64,000 nucleotides of DNA, from contig CDROCS010003230.1 of the NCBI GenBank assembly GCA_977020255.1, forward strand, positions 62,001-126,000, read 5' to 3'. The translations under genes and the position numbers were made by a program. The notes beneath the pieces are model-generated. The model was given only the letters and a program-made list of their open reading frames with translations, did no database searches and was not told the DNA's origin. The DNA is from Obrimoposthia wandeli. Its lineage: Eukaryota. Below are positions 12,820-22,799 of the stretch, one piece after another; within the stretch, counting starts at the first letter, position 1; each line of letters opens with the position of its first letter.

Positions 12820-13420
12820 ATAATGCATTCTCTTTCCATTATACTTAAAACTTCAAATATGCAATCTTTATTGGAATTAATCAAATTTCAAAAAATTGTA
12901 TCGTCAATATTGTTTTATTTACGTTCAATAGCCTCTTTTGATTTAATTTTAGACAGGTATATGCAACTATTTGAGTAAACTTTACGCCTAATTATACCAC
13001 AGAAGCTATCTTCAAACACATATCTACCCAATCGTCTTCCAATTTCAATAACACTTACTCCAACACTCTTACATGCATATATCTTTACTAAAAACTAAAA
13101 ATCTTTTTATATCTCCTTTTTATCCAATGTTTTGCAAGTAAAATACATAAAATTAATCTTAAGTTAATGATCACAGACAAAATTAAATATTCTAAAATAA
13201 TTAAATAAAAATATGACCTTGCGAGTTCGTTGGTCGGGCTCACCAAATGGTTTAATGTTTTTAAAAATTGCTGACAAATTAGAAATGAATCATCTTGATT
13301 ACAGTAACAATTATTATTCCAATAACAGAGTTTTAATTACAGCATGTAACTGTAAGATCTGAAGACAAAGGGGATATATTTTGACTTGATTTTTATCATA
13401 AATTTTGTTGTTCAAATAAT

Positions 13421-14096
13421 TGTGACGTCACATAAAATAGTTTCAGCAGATTTAAATATTAATTAAACATTGTGTCAACGTCAATCTGTGTGTGAGAGAG
13501 AAAGCTGTTATATCATGGGGAAGCTCGCTACATCACAGTAGTCTAAGGCAATCAGAACCGCTTCTTCTGTGGGAGTGCACATTTGAAAGTAAGATAGAGA
13601 AAGTCTCAGCGTCAAATGTCGTTATCTCACAGCCACGCTGACAAGGAGAATCACAAAGGTGGGAGTTAGTGACAGGAGTGCAGCAAAGAGGTAGACACCA
13701 AATAAGGAGAAGGGAGAGAAGAGATACAACCGTACAGAAATAGGTAGGGAAGGAAATGTTCCAGTCCAGACTGGCCTTGTGCACTGGATGAATGGGATAG
13801 CTCGATCTGTGACTTTTCTGGAGAGACTAGCTCAGGATAAAATTATTTCTGCTTCGATTGCAGATTGAGTTGGCCCTCAGTGGTCTACTTGAACTACAAT
13901 CGACTATCCCTTGCTACACTGGTCACTTTTATTCAGTTGTTATCTACGGCTTCGCGGGTCTTCGATCACTGCGAAGTCAGAGATCACATTTGACATTCCC
14001 CTGATGAGCCTGACAGGGTGATAACGGTGATTAATTAACATTAAAAGTTTATATTAGTGCCTATTGCACTTTATAAATACATTACTAATTTGTACA
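13421..14096. mobile_element. Possible solo LTR
   Basis: GC-richer island that starts TGTGACGTCACA and ends near TGTACA. No TSD could be confirmed. Confidence 0.25.
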
Positions 14097-15200
14097 AATT
14101 AAAAATATTCAAATCCCACCACATTTGATTTGTGACCAGGTATATATAGCGATCAGAGCTGATGAAGAAGGCGTACCAGCGTCAGTTTCTGGACACACAT
14201 TTGGATTAAAGTTTCACCAGCACCTCAACTGGCAATGACTGAACTAAAACAATTATGAACGCGGTCATACAAAGGCTTTTTGTCGCTTAATTTAAAATTT
14301 ATTTGAAAATTGGATTGTTTAAGCTTTTATAATTTTAAATTAACAATTTTTGTTGTTGTAAATATTCTAATCAATGATATATTTGTTGATAGTTACAAGT
14401 TACTGACATAATTTTCTATTTAACATAGAAGATTCGTGACGAAGTTTTCCTTGTTTATTACACATTCTTCTAGTGTCACAAAAATATATACATTATTATT
14501 ATTAGTTATATAGTGTAGGCTATGTGAATTTTACTCGTTAGAAAAATGTTCGCTGTTTAAATGAGTTATATACCCTTGATGTACATTTTTCTTTAATACT
14601 CAATACGCTATTTGTGATTTTAGTGTCAGTCCGGATAGTAACACACAAGTTCACAAAACAATAAGTTTAAATTAATTAATTCTAGTTGTTTGTCATCATG
14701 CTGAACCAGTAGCGAGAACATATTCTTTGTGTATGTATGTCAACCATTATGAAAAGATATAACTTTCTTCTATTGAATCTCCAACTGTTAGTGTTTATTT
14801 TAAACAAGAAGTTAAATTTAAATCTTAAAATTTTAACATAATCGAATTTATAATAATGTAAAGATTATCTTTGATATAAATAGAGGATTATATCGTATGC
14901 TTTGTTTTAATATTCAAAAAGGCAATTTCCTGAATTGTAATTATTTTATTGAATTATAATTGATTCTCTTATTCTTATTCTTCGTTTGACAGACAAAATT
15001 TTCAAATATTATAACTAAATTAGATGTTCAAGGATATCAAGAAACGACAGTAGAAGAATAAGGTATTGCTTTATCCTTAAATTCTTGTAGGATTTTTTAT
15101 AATAAAAGTTGAAATCTTCAATTGTTCCATATATACATATATAAACTAACCTGAAGAACAATTATATAAACGTAACTTGCAGATTAACACGTTGCATTTG

Positions 15201-15369
15201 AGTAGGTGGATGTGTCCGGTCTACTCCACACCCCCCTCCCCCCTTGTCCTTTAAAACCGTGCATGTGTGTGGAGTGAAATTTCGTGTAGGTGTGTGGATT
15301 GAAATTTCGTGTAGGTGTGTGGAGTGAAATTTCAATCCACACACATGCACGGTTTTAAAGGACAAGGGG
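15201..15369 (+). repeat. Left TIR of element B, with an internal 34-bp-arm hairpin and two 25-bp tandem units
   Basis: Reverse complement of 26761-26904 plus one extra CGTGTAGGTGTGTGGA(T/G)TGAAATTT unit (169 versus 144 bp). Confidence 0.95.
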
Positions 15370-15508
15370 GGGCGGGATCCCCCTCCCTATAAATTTTTCG
15401 GGCGGGCTTCATTCTTGATCTACAGGCACGAAAAAACATCGGTCAGATCTATATAATTTAGAGGAGCAAAAACAAAATATGAGACAAAATTATTTTTCAA
15501 AATATTTA

Positions 15509-15913
15509 TTAAACATAAAACAACATATTGGCTTCACTCAAAGTCCAAAGAGGCTGCATTTTCCCGTCATCACCAAAATATCCATTGAGACGTATTGAGA
15601 TATTCCATAGTTCTTCATCTAGAATTGGAGCAATCAAATATCCTAGATCATCTTTAAAATCCAGACTGGGATCAGTTTCAAGCTCGAAACAATTTCCTTC
15701 ATATACATAATCAGGAATGTAAAATCCCAAAATATTTTTCAATTGATCAAAATCAGATGTTGTTAAAATTTCGATGAGATATTTTTTCTCCACTTTTGAT
15801 ATTTTCACAGGATTCATAACTCGTATAATTTGATGCCTCTTTAATATATTACATAGTTTTCCTTTTGAAATTCTTTCTGGATAATAAAAATTTGCTACAC
15901 ATCTCTTATCCAT
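15509..15913 (-). CDS. Hypothetical protein, paralog 1; possible T7 gp2.5-like OB-fold ssDNA-binding protein
   Basis: 134-aa ORF conserved in copy B2. Shares NPV.I, DF..LK, F.DD.G, W...IRL.GY and P.W with its neighbour. TATAAACA lies 37 nt upstream. The SSB call is inference from the pattern. Confidence 0.75.
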   Translation of the reverse strand: MDKRCVANFYYPERISKGKLCNILKRHQIIRVMNPVKISKVEKKYLIEILTTSDFDQLKNILGFYIPDYVYEGNCFELETDPSLDFKDDLGYLIAPILDEELWNISIRLNGYFGDDGKMQPLWTLSEANMLFYV

Positions 15914-16046
15914 TCTAAAATAAGAAAACTGATTAAAAACAATGTTTATAAAAAATACATATAAGATTCATATAAGATACAAATAAAACTGATTATTAAA
16001 TGAAAGAAACACAGTAAAACCGATTACAATTTATTACACGCAAAAG

Positions 16047-16493
16047 TTAAAACATAGAAATATGAGCACGTTCAATTTTCCACATAGGCAACTTTGTTCC
16101 CATTTCATCTTTCTTGTAACCATAAAGTCGAATTGTTAGAGTCCATTGCTTCTTTTTCGGAAACGCATCAATATCAACATATCTTCCATAGTCATCTAGA
16201 AATGCTTCATCGGGTCCTCGGATATAAAATTCGTTCTTATTGAAAGTAAAATTCGGAACTGCCTTTTCTAATTTCTGTTTAAGATATTGAAAATCTGGTT
16301 TTTGAATATTTGATAGATAGTAGCTGAACTTTCTTCTTTCAATTGTCACAGGATTTACTAAAGCAATCAGTTGAGCCTTCTTCAAGAATCTGACTTTGTA
16401 TTTGAAATATTGTTTCACTTCTTCATACATATCCTTATCCGATTCTTCAAACATTTTTTTATCATCGCTTAATACCCGTTGGCTATCGTCCAT
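16047..16493 (-). CDS. Hypothetical protein, paralog 2; possible gp2.5-like SSB (start uncertain)
   Basis: Open frame to 16523 with the first ATG at 16493. Conserved in B2 (50980-51420) and clearly paralogous to 15509-15913. Confidence 0.75.
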   Translation of the reverse strand: MDDSQRVLSDDKKMFEESDKDMYEEVKQYFKYKVRFLKKAQLIALVNPVTIERRKFSYYLSNIQKPDFQYLKQKLEKAVPNFTFNKNEFYIRGPDEAFLDDYGRYVDIDAFPKKKQWTLTIRLYGYKKDEMGTKLPMWKIERAHISMF

Positions 16494-16701
16494 CGTTGAT
16501 AATTGTATTTTATATGAATGCATTTACTGTGATTTGTCCTCCAATGGCGCATTCTTTTAAACTAATTTCTAACAAAAACATGAATCTCATTGGTTACTTT
16601 AACAAAAGCATTGAATTTGATTGGACAAATTATATCATTCAATTATAATAGGTTTGCAAGATAATTACAAGAAACGTGCAATAAAAAAGCAGGTTCAGAC
16701 A

Positions 16702-16737
16702 TATATAAAGAAGATTTTATAGAATACAATTTCAGTC
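16702..16737 (+). promoter_or_regulatory. Canonical TATA plus Inr core promoter of the TBP-like gene
   Basis: TATATAAAG at 16702 and TCAGTC with its A at 16734 (32-nt spacing); ATG at 16740. Confidence 0.65.
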
Positions 16738-16739
16738 TA

Positions 16740-17216
16740 ATGAAACTCGTAAATATAAATTATAAAGGTAGAACAGAAGATGATGTTTCGTACTTACCAT
16801 TCAATGAATGGAAGCCGAGACAATATGTGGAAAGGTTTGACAATTTCACAGTTGTTATTTTTCCTACAGGTTAGTTTTTTATTTTATTTTCATATTGAAT
16901 TCTTTTAGGAAATTGTCGTGTTATGGGATGCAAAATACCAATGCTTGGGTTCAATTTACCATTTGGAATTCAAATCACTGCAATACAATCAATCACGATT
17001 TCGGCTAATCTCGGGAAACAGATAAATCTTTTTAAAACTGCAGAGAAAATGAAAGAAGAATGCATGTTTGAACCAGAAATTTTTCCTGCTCTCAGTTATT
17101 TGAAGTTTAAACCGCTATGTGTAAATATATTTTCCAGTGGTAAAGTTATGATATTGGGATTGAAAAATTTTGATTATCCAAACATTGTTGATTTGATTTT
17201 AGAAAATATATCTTAA
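16740..17216 (+). CDS. TATA-binding-protein-like protein, 145 aa, join(16740..16869,16909..17216)
   Basis: Two TBP-type repeats: KLVNI...TVVIFPTGNCRVMGCK and IQSITISANLGKQINL...FEPEIFPALSYLKFKPLCVNIFSSGKVMILGLK (compare TBP YEPELFPGLIYRM..P.IVLLIFVSGKVVLTGAK). A 39-nt GTTAGT..TTTTAG phase-1 intron joins the exons in frame. Confidence 0.85.
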
Positions 17217-17268
17217 TACATCTTGTTATCTTTTCTATAAACAAACCCGTTTAAACTTATTGTTTTGA

Positions 17269-17541
17269 ATGAATAATACTATAAATAGAGACAATGAAGT
17301 GGATCGGCTTGCCGAAGAAATATTTTCTGGAAAAATTAGGGGTAAAGAAATTTTATCAGAATTAAAAAATAATGATATAACAAGAGATAACATTGAAATA
17401 TTGGTTAGATCACACGTTATTCGAGAATTTAGAAATCGTACACAAATAAATAAAATTATAGCCAAATATTCATTAATTAATTTTTGTATTTCATCTACAA
17501 TAGCTCTAACATTGTACATTTCAATAAGGAAACTTCTATGA
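17269..17541 (+). CDS. 90-aa hypothetical protein with a hydrophobic C-terminal segment
   Basis: ATG is preceded by TATAAACAA at 17236. C-terminus SLINFCISSTIALTLYISIRKLL. Confidence 0.55.
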   Translation: MNNTINRDNEVDRLAEEIFSGKIRGKEILSELKNNDITRDNIEILVRSHVIREFRNRTQINKIIAKYSLINFCISSTIALTLYISIRKLL

Positions 17542-17578
17542 TAATATAAACAATATTAAAAATGAAAGAGTATATGCA

Positions 17579-18226
17579 ATGGAGCTAAATAATAATGCTG
17601 TATTTCAAATAGTTGGCCCTAGTGGAAGTGGAAAGACACATTTCGTCTGTAAATTGTTGCAAAATGAATCTCTTTTCAACTCGAGTTTCAAAAATATTTA
17701 TTGGCATCATGGTGGAGGAGGGGAAAGCGGGTTAACCAAAACAGAAGTTTGCAAGTTGAAGGGTATAAAATTTATTGAAGGATTTGATGCAAATTGGTGT
17801 GAAAGATTGAAAAAAGAAGATGTAATAATAATTGATGATTTGTATGAGGAGGCTAACAAGGAATCGGACTTTAATAATTTATTTACAAAGATTGCAAGAC
17901 ATCGTGAAGTAACAGTTATATTTATCACTCAAAATCTGTTTCACCAAGGAGGTCACCATAGAACAAGAAATCTTAATGTACATTACTTAGTTTTATTTAA
18001 AAATCCTAGAGATCAAACAGTTGTTGATTTTGTGGCCAGACAGGCATTTCCTCGAAATAAGCACTTTCTAGTTGATTCATTCCACGATGCTGCTAAACAA
18101 GCACATGGGTATATATTTATTGACTTTACACAAGCTTTCCCAGATGATTTACGTGTTTTAACAGACATATTTAATTCTAAGGGAGTAAATGTTTATAAAC
18201 AAATCGAGAACAATTATAAAAAATAA
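17579..18226 (+). CDS. A32/FtsK-like genome packaging ATPase
   Basis: Walker A GPSGSGKT, Walker B IIIDDL, then ARH and ITQN motifs. Intact 215 aa. Confidence 0.93.
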   Translation: MELNNNAVFQIVGPSGSGKTHFVCKLLQNESLFNSSFKNIYWHHGGGGESGLTKTEVCKLKGIKFIEGFDANWCERLKKEDVIIIDDLYEEANKESDFNNLFTKIARHREVTVIFITQNLFHQGGHHRTRNLNVHYLVLFKNPRDQTVVDFVARQAFPRNKHFLVDSFHDAAKQAHGYIFIDFTQAFPDDLRVLTDIFNSKGVNVYKQIENNYKK

Positions 18227-18233
18227 ATTCGCA

Positions 18234-18385
18234 ATGCCTTTTACAAAGTTGATAGTAAAACGTAAAGTAAAATCTAAGAAATAAAAAAAAAGAATCATTA
18301 AGAAAAAAGAAGTGAAAAAGAAGTGAAAAAATTAATCATATCTGTAGTTAAAAATAAAAAAAAACTTAATTGGCTTCGAATATAA
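18234..18385 (+). pseudogene. Small Lys-rich protein (intact 48-aa version at 51724-51870)
   Basis: MPFTKLIVKRKVKSKK* here, versus MAFKELIVKRKRKAKPKKSEKRIIEKKEVNKLIKSVVRNKRKLKWLQI in B2. Confidence 0.55.
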
Positions 18386-18416
18386 ACAATATTTAAATTG
18401 AACCTTTTTTATTAAA

Positions 18417-18529
18417 ATGAAGAAAATACAAAGAAGCATACCCTATTTTAATGCTTTGGTCAAAGCCTCTTCTAATAAGAGAATGATTATTCTTAAAGCA
18501 TTTCCATCCTTTGTTGTAGATGATTTATT
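18417..18529 (+). pseudogene. N-terminus of a conserved small basic Polinton protein, fused to the integrase by a deletion
   Basis: B2 (51897-52225) keeps the missing part, which ends LKQNGGFIGAIFPVVASIISRIIAATRK. Confidence 0.7.
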
Positions 18530-19513
18530 TCAAGTTTCAAAATTAGCAAAAAGAACAAAACAAAATTACAAGAAAACGCAGAAATGGCTGAGCGACCAGT
18601 TAGCCTACAGTCTGAACAAGCCGATGAGAAGAAGGTTTCCAACTAGAGCTTACAAAACCAGCGGTCCTAATAATTTATGGCAAATGGATTTGATGGAGAT
18701 GATCCCATATTCTTCCATTAATAAGGGATATCGATATATTTTAACATGTATTGATGTATTTAGCAGGTTTGGTCGTGCAATTCCAGTTAAAGCAAAGTCT
18801 TCAATAGCTATGCTTGAAGCCATTAAAGAAATATTAAAAGAGGACATTCCACACAATTGCAAACTGATTTAGGAAAAGAATTTTATAATAAGCAAGTTCA
18901 ATCATTATTTAAACAAAATAATATAAATCATTACTCTGTGTTTTCACAATACAAAGCAGCAGTAGTAGAAAGATTTAATCGTACTCTAAGAAATCGAATA
19001 AAAAAGTATTTCACAAAAGAAGGAAATAAAAAATTGATCCAAGTTTTACCTAAAATAATACATGCATATAATCACTCTGAACATAGAGGTCTCAAGGGAA
19101 TGAGACCTGTTGATGTTACTAATAAAATCTCTATGGACATTTGGATGAACAGGAATAAAAAAGAAAAAATTAAAAAAGCTAAATATAAGAAAAACGAATA
19201 TGTTCGAATTTCGAAAATTAGCTCTACTCCATTTATTAAAAACTTTGATCAGAATTGGAGCGATGAAATATTTTGTATAAGTAAAATTGATCAAAAGAGT
19301 AATCCAATAATGTATACTATTAAAGATGCTGACAATAATATCGTTCACGGTAAATTTTACGAGCAAGAACTACAAGTAATATCAAATAAACCTAGCGTTT
19401 TCCGTATTCAAAAAATATTAAAATCTAAGGGTACAGGTAAACATAAACAATACTTTGTTAAATGGCATGGTTATTCAGACCCAACTTGGATATCAGCATC
19501 TAATATAATATGA
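18530..19513 (+). pseudogene. int: Retroviral-like (RVE) integrase with C-terminal chromodomain; N-terminus deleted, frameshift near 18858
   Basis: WQMDL (D), QTDLGKEF (D), AVVERFNRTL (E); YFVKWHGYSDPTWI chromodomain. Confidence 0.93.
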
Positions 19514-20575
19514 AATCTATGTATATGGTTTTACCTAGTAACGGATGTCCGAAGACTCAACCAGATAATTACGCTAGTAGCTTTATTATCGATTGGGAAA
19601 ATCCTATAAATCTCCAAGGAGAATGGGAAGCGGCTTTAACAGAATTTTCATTTTATTATTCACCAATTACTATCAGAAAAAACTCACATATTTCGTTTAC
19701 AAAAGAAGTTGATCATGAAAAATCAATTGAAGTTGTGATTGGGTTTGATAGTAAAGGAAAATTCTATTACAATTGTAAAGATAAAGAATTGAAAGTAATA
19801 TATGAAAAAAAACAAAGTCATATTTAAAAATAGACTAAAACTTTTTTTAAAACCTATTCAAATTATATTTGGATCTGATAGAGAAGCTCTTCAATTTGGG
19901 TTTGACAGTGGACATGTAGTAGGTATGAAGATATCTGATATAGCCTCATCTAAAATGTTTTAAAATGTTCCTGATAGAGTAACAAAAGTGTTTTTAGTTG
20001 AAACGAGACCAAAGTATGTAGTGGAACTGAAAATGTTTTCAAAAGATTATAAATTAGATAGTGAAGTGAATTTCTGTAAATTAATACAGAAGGAATGTAG
20101 TGAATATTTTGATAAATGTGTAACATTAAAAAATGGTAAAATAACGTTTACAGTAAAGAGCAATATAATACGAGTTTTATTTGATGATAAACTTGCTAAA
20201 AACCTTGGTTTAAACAGTAATACCTTTGAAACCGATACAATAAAAACCATAAAAGCTAAAAATAAGGCAAAACTTTTAAATGCTGTTAAGCATTTATATA
20301 TGTATACTAATTTAATAGAATCAACGCTTGTAGGAGGACAGCGAGTTCCACTTTTGAGAACAATATGGATATCTAAAAATGAAACTAGAGATGGAGATAC
20401 TGTCGGTATGTGTATAGATCAACCAATGTATCTTCCAGTTTCTCTCTTTTCTATAAACAATATTGAAGTAAATATTAGAGATGATTCTGGACAACTAATA
20501 GATTTCACGTACGGGGCCAAGACAAGTTTAACAATACATTTAAGAAAACAAAATGGCGAATCCAGCAATAATTGA
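19510..20575 (+). pseudogene. Minor capsid protein (penton/PX-like), disrupted at about 19820-19990
   Basis: YMVLPSN...F...NPINLQGEWEAALTEF N-terminus and LYMYTNLIE..LVGG..VPLLR...NNIEVNIRDDSG C-terminus. Confidence 0.85.
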
Positions 20576-20929
20576 AGCTTATAGTCAAAGCCAACAAGGT
20601 GGAGAATTACCATATATTGTTGGTAAACAATACGGATCTGGCTGGCTTAGAACATTAGGTAGATTTGCCTTTCCTCTTTTAATAGACTCAGGCGATTTAT
20701 ATCAAAATTAGGAAAGGATTACCTTTCATCTAAGGACAATAAACTAATACCAACTTTTAAGAAGCATGCGCTTGATGAACTTGATAATGTTTTACATGAA
20801 GTTGCTAATTTGATTAGAAAACGTAAATCAAATAAAAGCCAAGGAGGTAGTGGATTTAAAAGTAAAAAGAAGCAAAAAATCAATATAAACAAACGTAAGA
20901 ATGTTGAAGGAACAATATTTGCAAAATGA
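20553..20929 (+). pseudogene. Basic core-like protein with QxGG/QxGxG motifs; one frameshift near 20680
   Basis: MANPAIIEAYSQSQQGGELPYIVGKQYGSGWLRTLGRFAFP...SQGGSGFKSKKKQK. The stop overlaps the MCP ATG. Confidence 0.7.
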
Positions 20930-22155
20930 GTTGCGCCAAAACTGAATTGTGTATTTTTGATAAACCACTTCCACAAGTAGTTGTAGATAATGCTTCCTTT
21001 GAAGAAATATTTCTAGTTAACTCAGTTTCAGGAACCACTTTAACCGATTTAGAATTTAATATTAATGGTTCCAATAGCGAGTATTTAGATTTGAATGATA
21101 CTTTGCTTTATGTTCAAATAAAAGTATTAAATCGGGATGGTACTAATTTAGATGAAAATGCCGATGTAACACCTGTAAATTATCTCTTTAATTCTTTATT
21201 TAATGATGCCATTGTTACTCTTAATAATGTCAAAATTGAAGGTGGAAATTCTTCCTATGCTCATAAAGCTTTGATTGAAAGTCTTTTGAATTATAGTACT
21301 GATACTCAAAATACTAATTTGACAACCATTGGTTATGATAAAACGGTCGCAACTCACAAAGAATGGATTGCAGGTTCTAAAGCTTACGAAATGTGTGGGT
21401 CTTTGAGATTGAATTTCTTTGAACAACCGAAATATTTAATTCCCGGTGTTAATGTACATCTTCGTTTGAAACGTAATAAATGGAATTTTTCTTTGATAAG
21501 CACGGACGTTCTAAAACCTAGACTTGATATTTTGGATGCAAAATTGTATGTCCGAAGAGTTAAAACCGAGCAGTCAGTTTTAATGGCACATAATATAGGA
21601 ATGGAAAAAAACAATGCTTGTTATCCTATAATAGAAACTAAACTTATATCCTATTCTTTAGGTACGGGTACACAAGCTTTTAATAAGGATCAAATTTTTA
21701 TTGATGTAAGATTACCGAAATTCATTTTAATTTCTTTTCAAAAAACTGCAAAGTTTCTAGGAAATTATACGACAGATGCAACTCAATTTGACAATCTTAA
21801 TGTAGGTTCAGTGACACTTTCAAGAAATACTGATTATCGCGAAACATATAAAACAGATTTCGAAGGTGACGCTTATGCTTTGGCTTATACGCAATCTATT
21901 ATTCGGAATTTGGGTCAACTATATAAAAATATAAACAATGGTATTTATTTCACTGACTTTAAAAGCAACTGCCCGTTCTTCACATTTGTTTTGGCACCAG
22001 ACTTTGATATAAACCAATGTCAACTACCAAAGGATGAAAATTTACGACTAGAAATTAAGTTCAATGCAGCTTTAACACATCCTACTACGGTGCTTATTTA
22101 CGGAGTATTTGATTCGGAAATACAAATCAATAAAAACAGAACTGTCATATTATAG
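20926..22155 (+). CDS. Double-jelly-roll major capsid protein (PY), intact 409 aa
   Basis: MSCAKTELCIFD N-terminus, YLDLNDTLLYV, FEQPKYLIPGV.V.L.L.RN. Lies between the core protein and the protease. Confidence 0.92.
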   Translation: MSCAKTELCIFDKPLPQVVVDNASFEEIFLVNSVSGTTLTDLEFNINGSNSEYLDLNDTLLYVQIKVLNRDGTNLDENADVTPVNYLFNSLFNDAIVTLNNVKIEGGNSSYAHKALIESLLNYSTDTQNTNLTTIGYDKTVATHKEWIAGSKAYEMCGSLRLNFFEQPKYLIPGVNVHLRLKRNKWNFSLISTDVLKPRLDILDAKLYVRRVKTEQSVLMAHNIGMEKNNACYPIIETKLISYSLGTGTQAFNKDQIFIDVRLPKFILISFQKTAKFLGNYTTDATQFDNLNVGSVTLSRNTDYRETYKTDFEGDAYALAYTQSIIRNLGQLYKNINNGIYFTDFKSNCPFFTFVLAPDFDINQCQLPKDENLRLEIKFNAALTHPTTVLIYGVFDSEIQINKNRTVIL

Positions 22156-22156
22156 A

Positions 22157-22537
22157 ATGGAGTAAGACATATTTTAAATTTATATTTATTAATTTTTATT
22201 TAGTTCAAAACAAGTAAAAGAATCAGCAGAGAAGGTCCTGGGTGATAAATTCAATGGAGTTTATCCTATTGATATGATTCCATTTTTTCAATCTGGAGGA
22301 TACATTATCAATACTCATACTTCGAATTTACCAGGAGAACATTGGATAGCTATTTATGTTAGAGAGTGGACAATACATGTATTTGATCCACTTGCAATGT
22401 ATTATCCACACAAACTTGTTTCGACTATTCACAAAGGACGAAGAAGAGTATTTTACAACAAGATGCAATATCAGGATCCTGCGACGAGAAACTGTGGACA
22501 TTTATGTATTTTATGGTTATCGTTGCAAAACGATTAG
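22157..22537 (+). CDS. Adenain-like protease, join(22157..22161,22204..22537)
   Basis: A 42-nt GTAAGA..TTTAG intron gives MDSKQVKESAEKVLGDKFNGVYP...NTH.SNLPGEHW...FDPL...QDPATRNCGHLC. Confidence 0.9.
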
Positions 22538-22799
22538 TGTGTTATAAAAATAAATATTTTTAATGTTTTATTTTGAATAATTTTTTAAATCTCTAAAAAT
22601 ATAAGGGTAAAATAATAAAAGACATAAGACAAATTTTTTTAATACATTTATTAATCACAACATCACAATGAGATATGTCAGCAAAGATAAGGTCCAACCT
22701 AAAAAAGTATTGAAATAACAAAATGTTAGAGTCAAGGTGCCATAGGGATCTAAAATTTTAAAAAACTAAACTAAAAAAATCAAATAAAATGAAAATCGT

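Noticed and set aside
14003-14035. Hammerhead-like CTGATGAG plus stem
   Set aside because: The required GAAA is GATAAC and no convincing stems I/III with a cleavage triplet were found.
15201-15369. CRISPR-like or iteron-like 25-bp repeats
   Set aside because: Only two adjacent units with no spacers, in a eukaryotic context; they are part of the TIR.
17235-17519. Minus-strand 94-aa ORF and other antisense ORFs within Polinton, Gypsy and GNB coding regions
   Set aside because: They overlap better-supported genes on the opposite strand and have no motifs.
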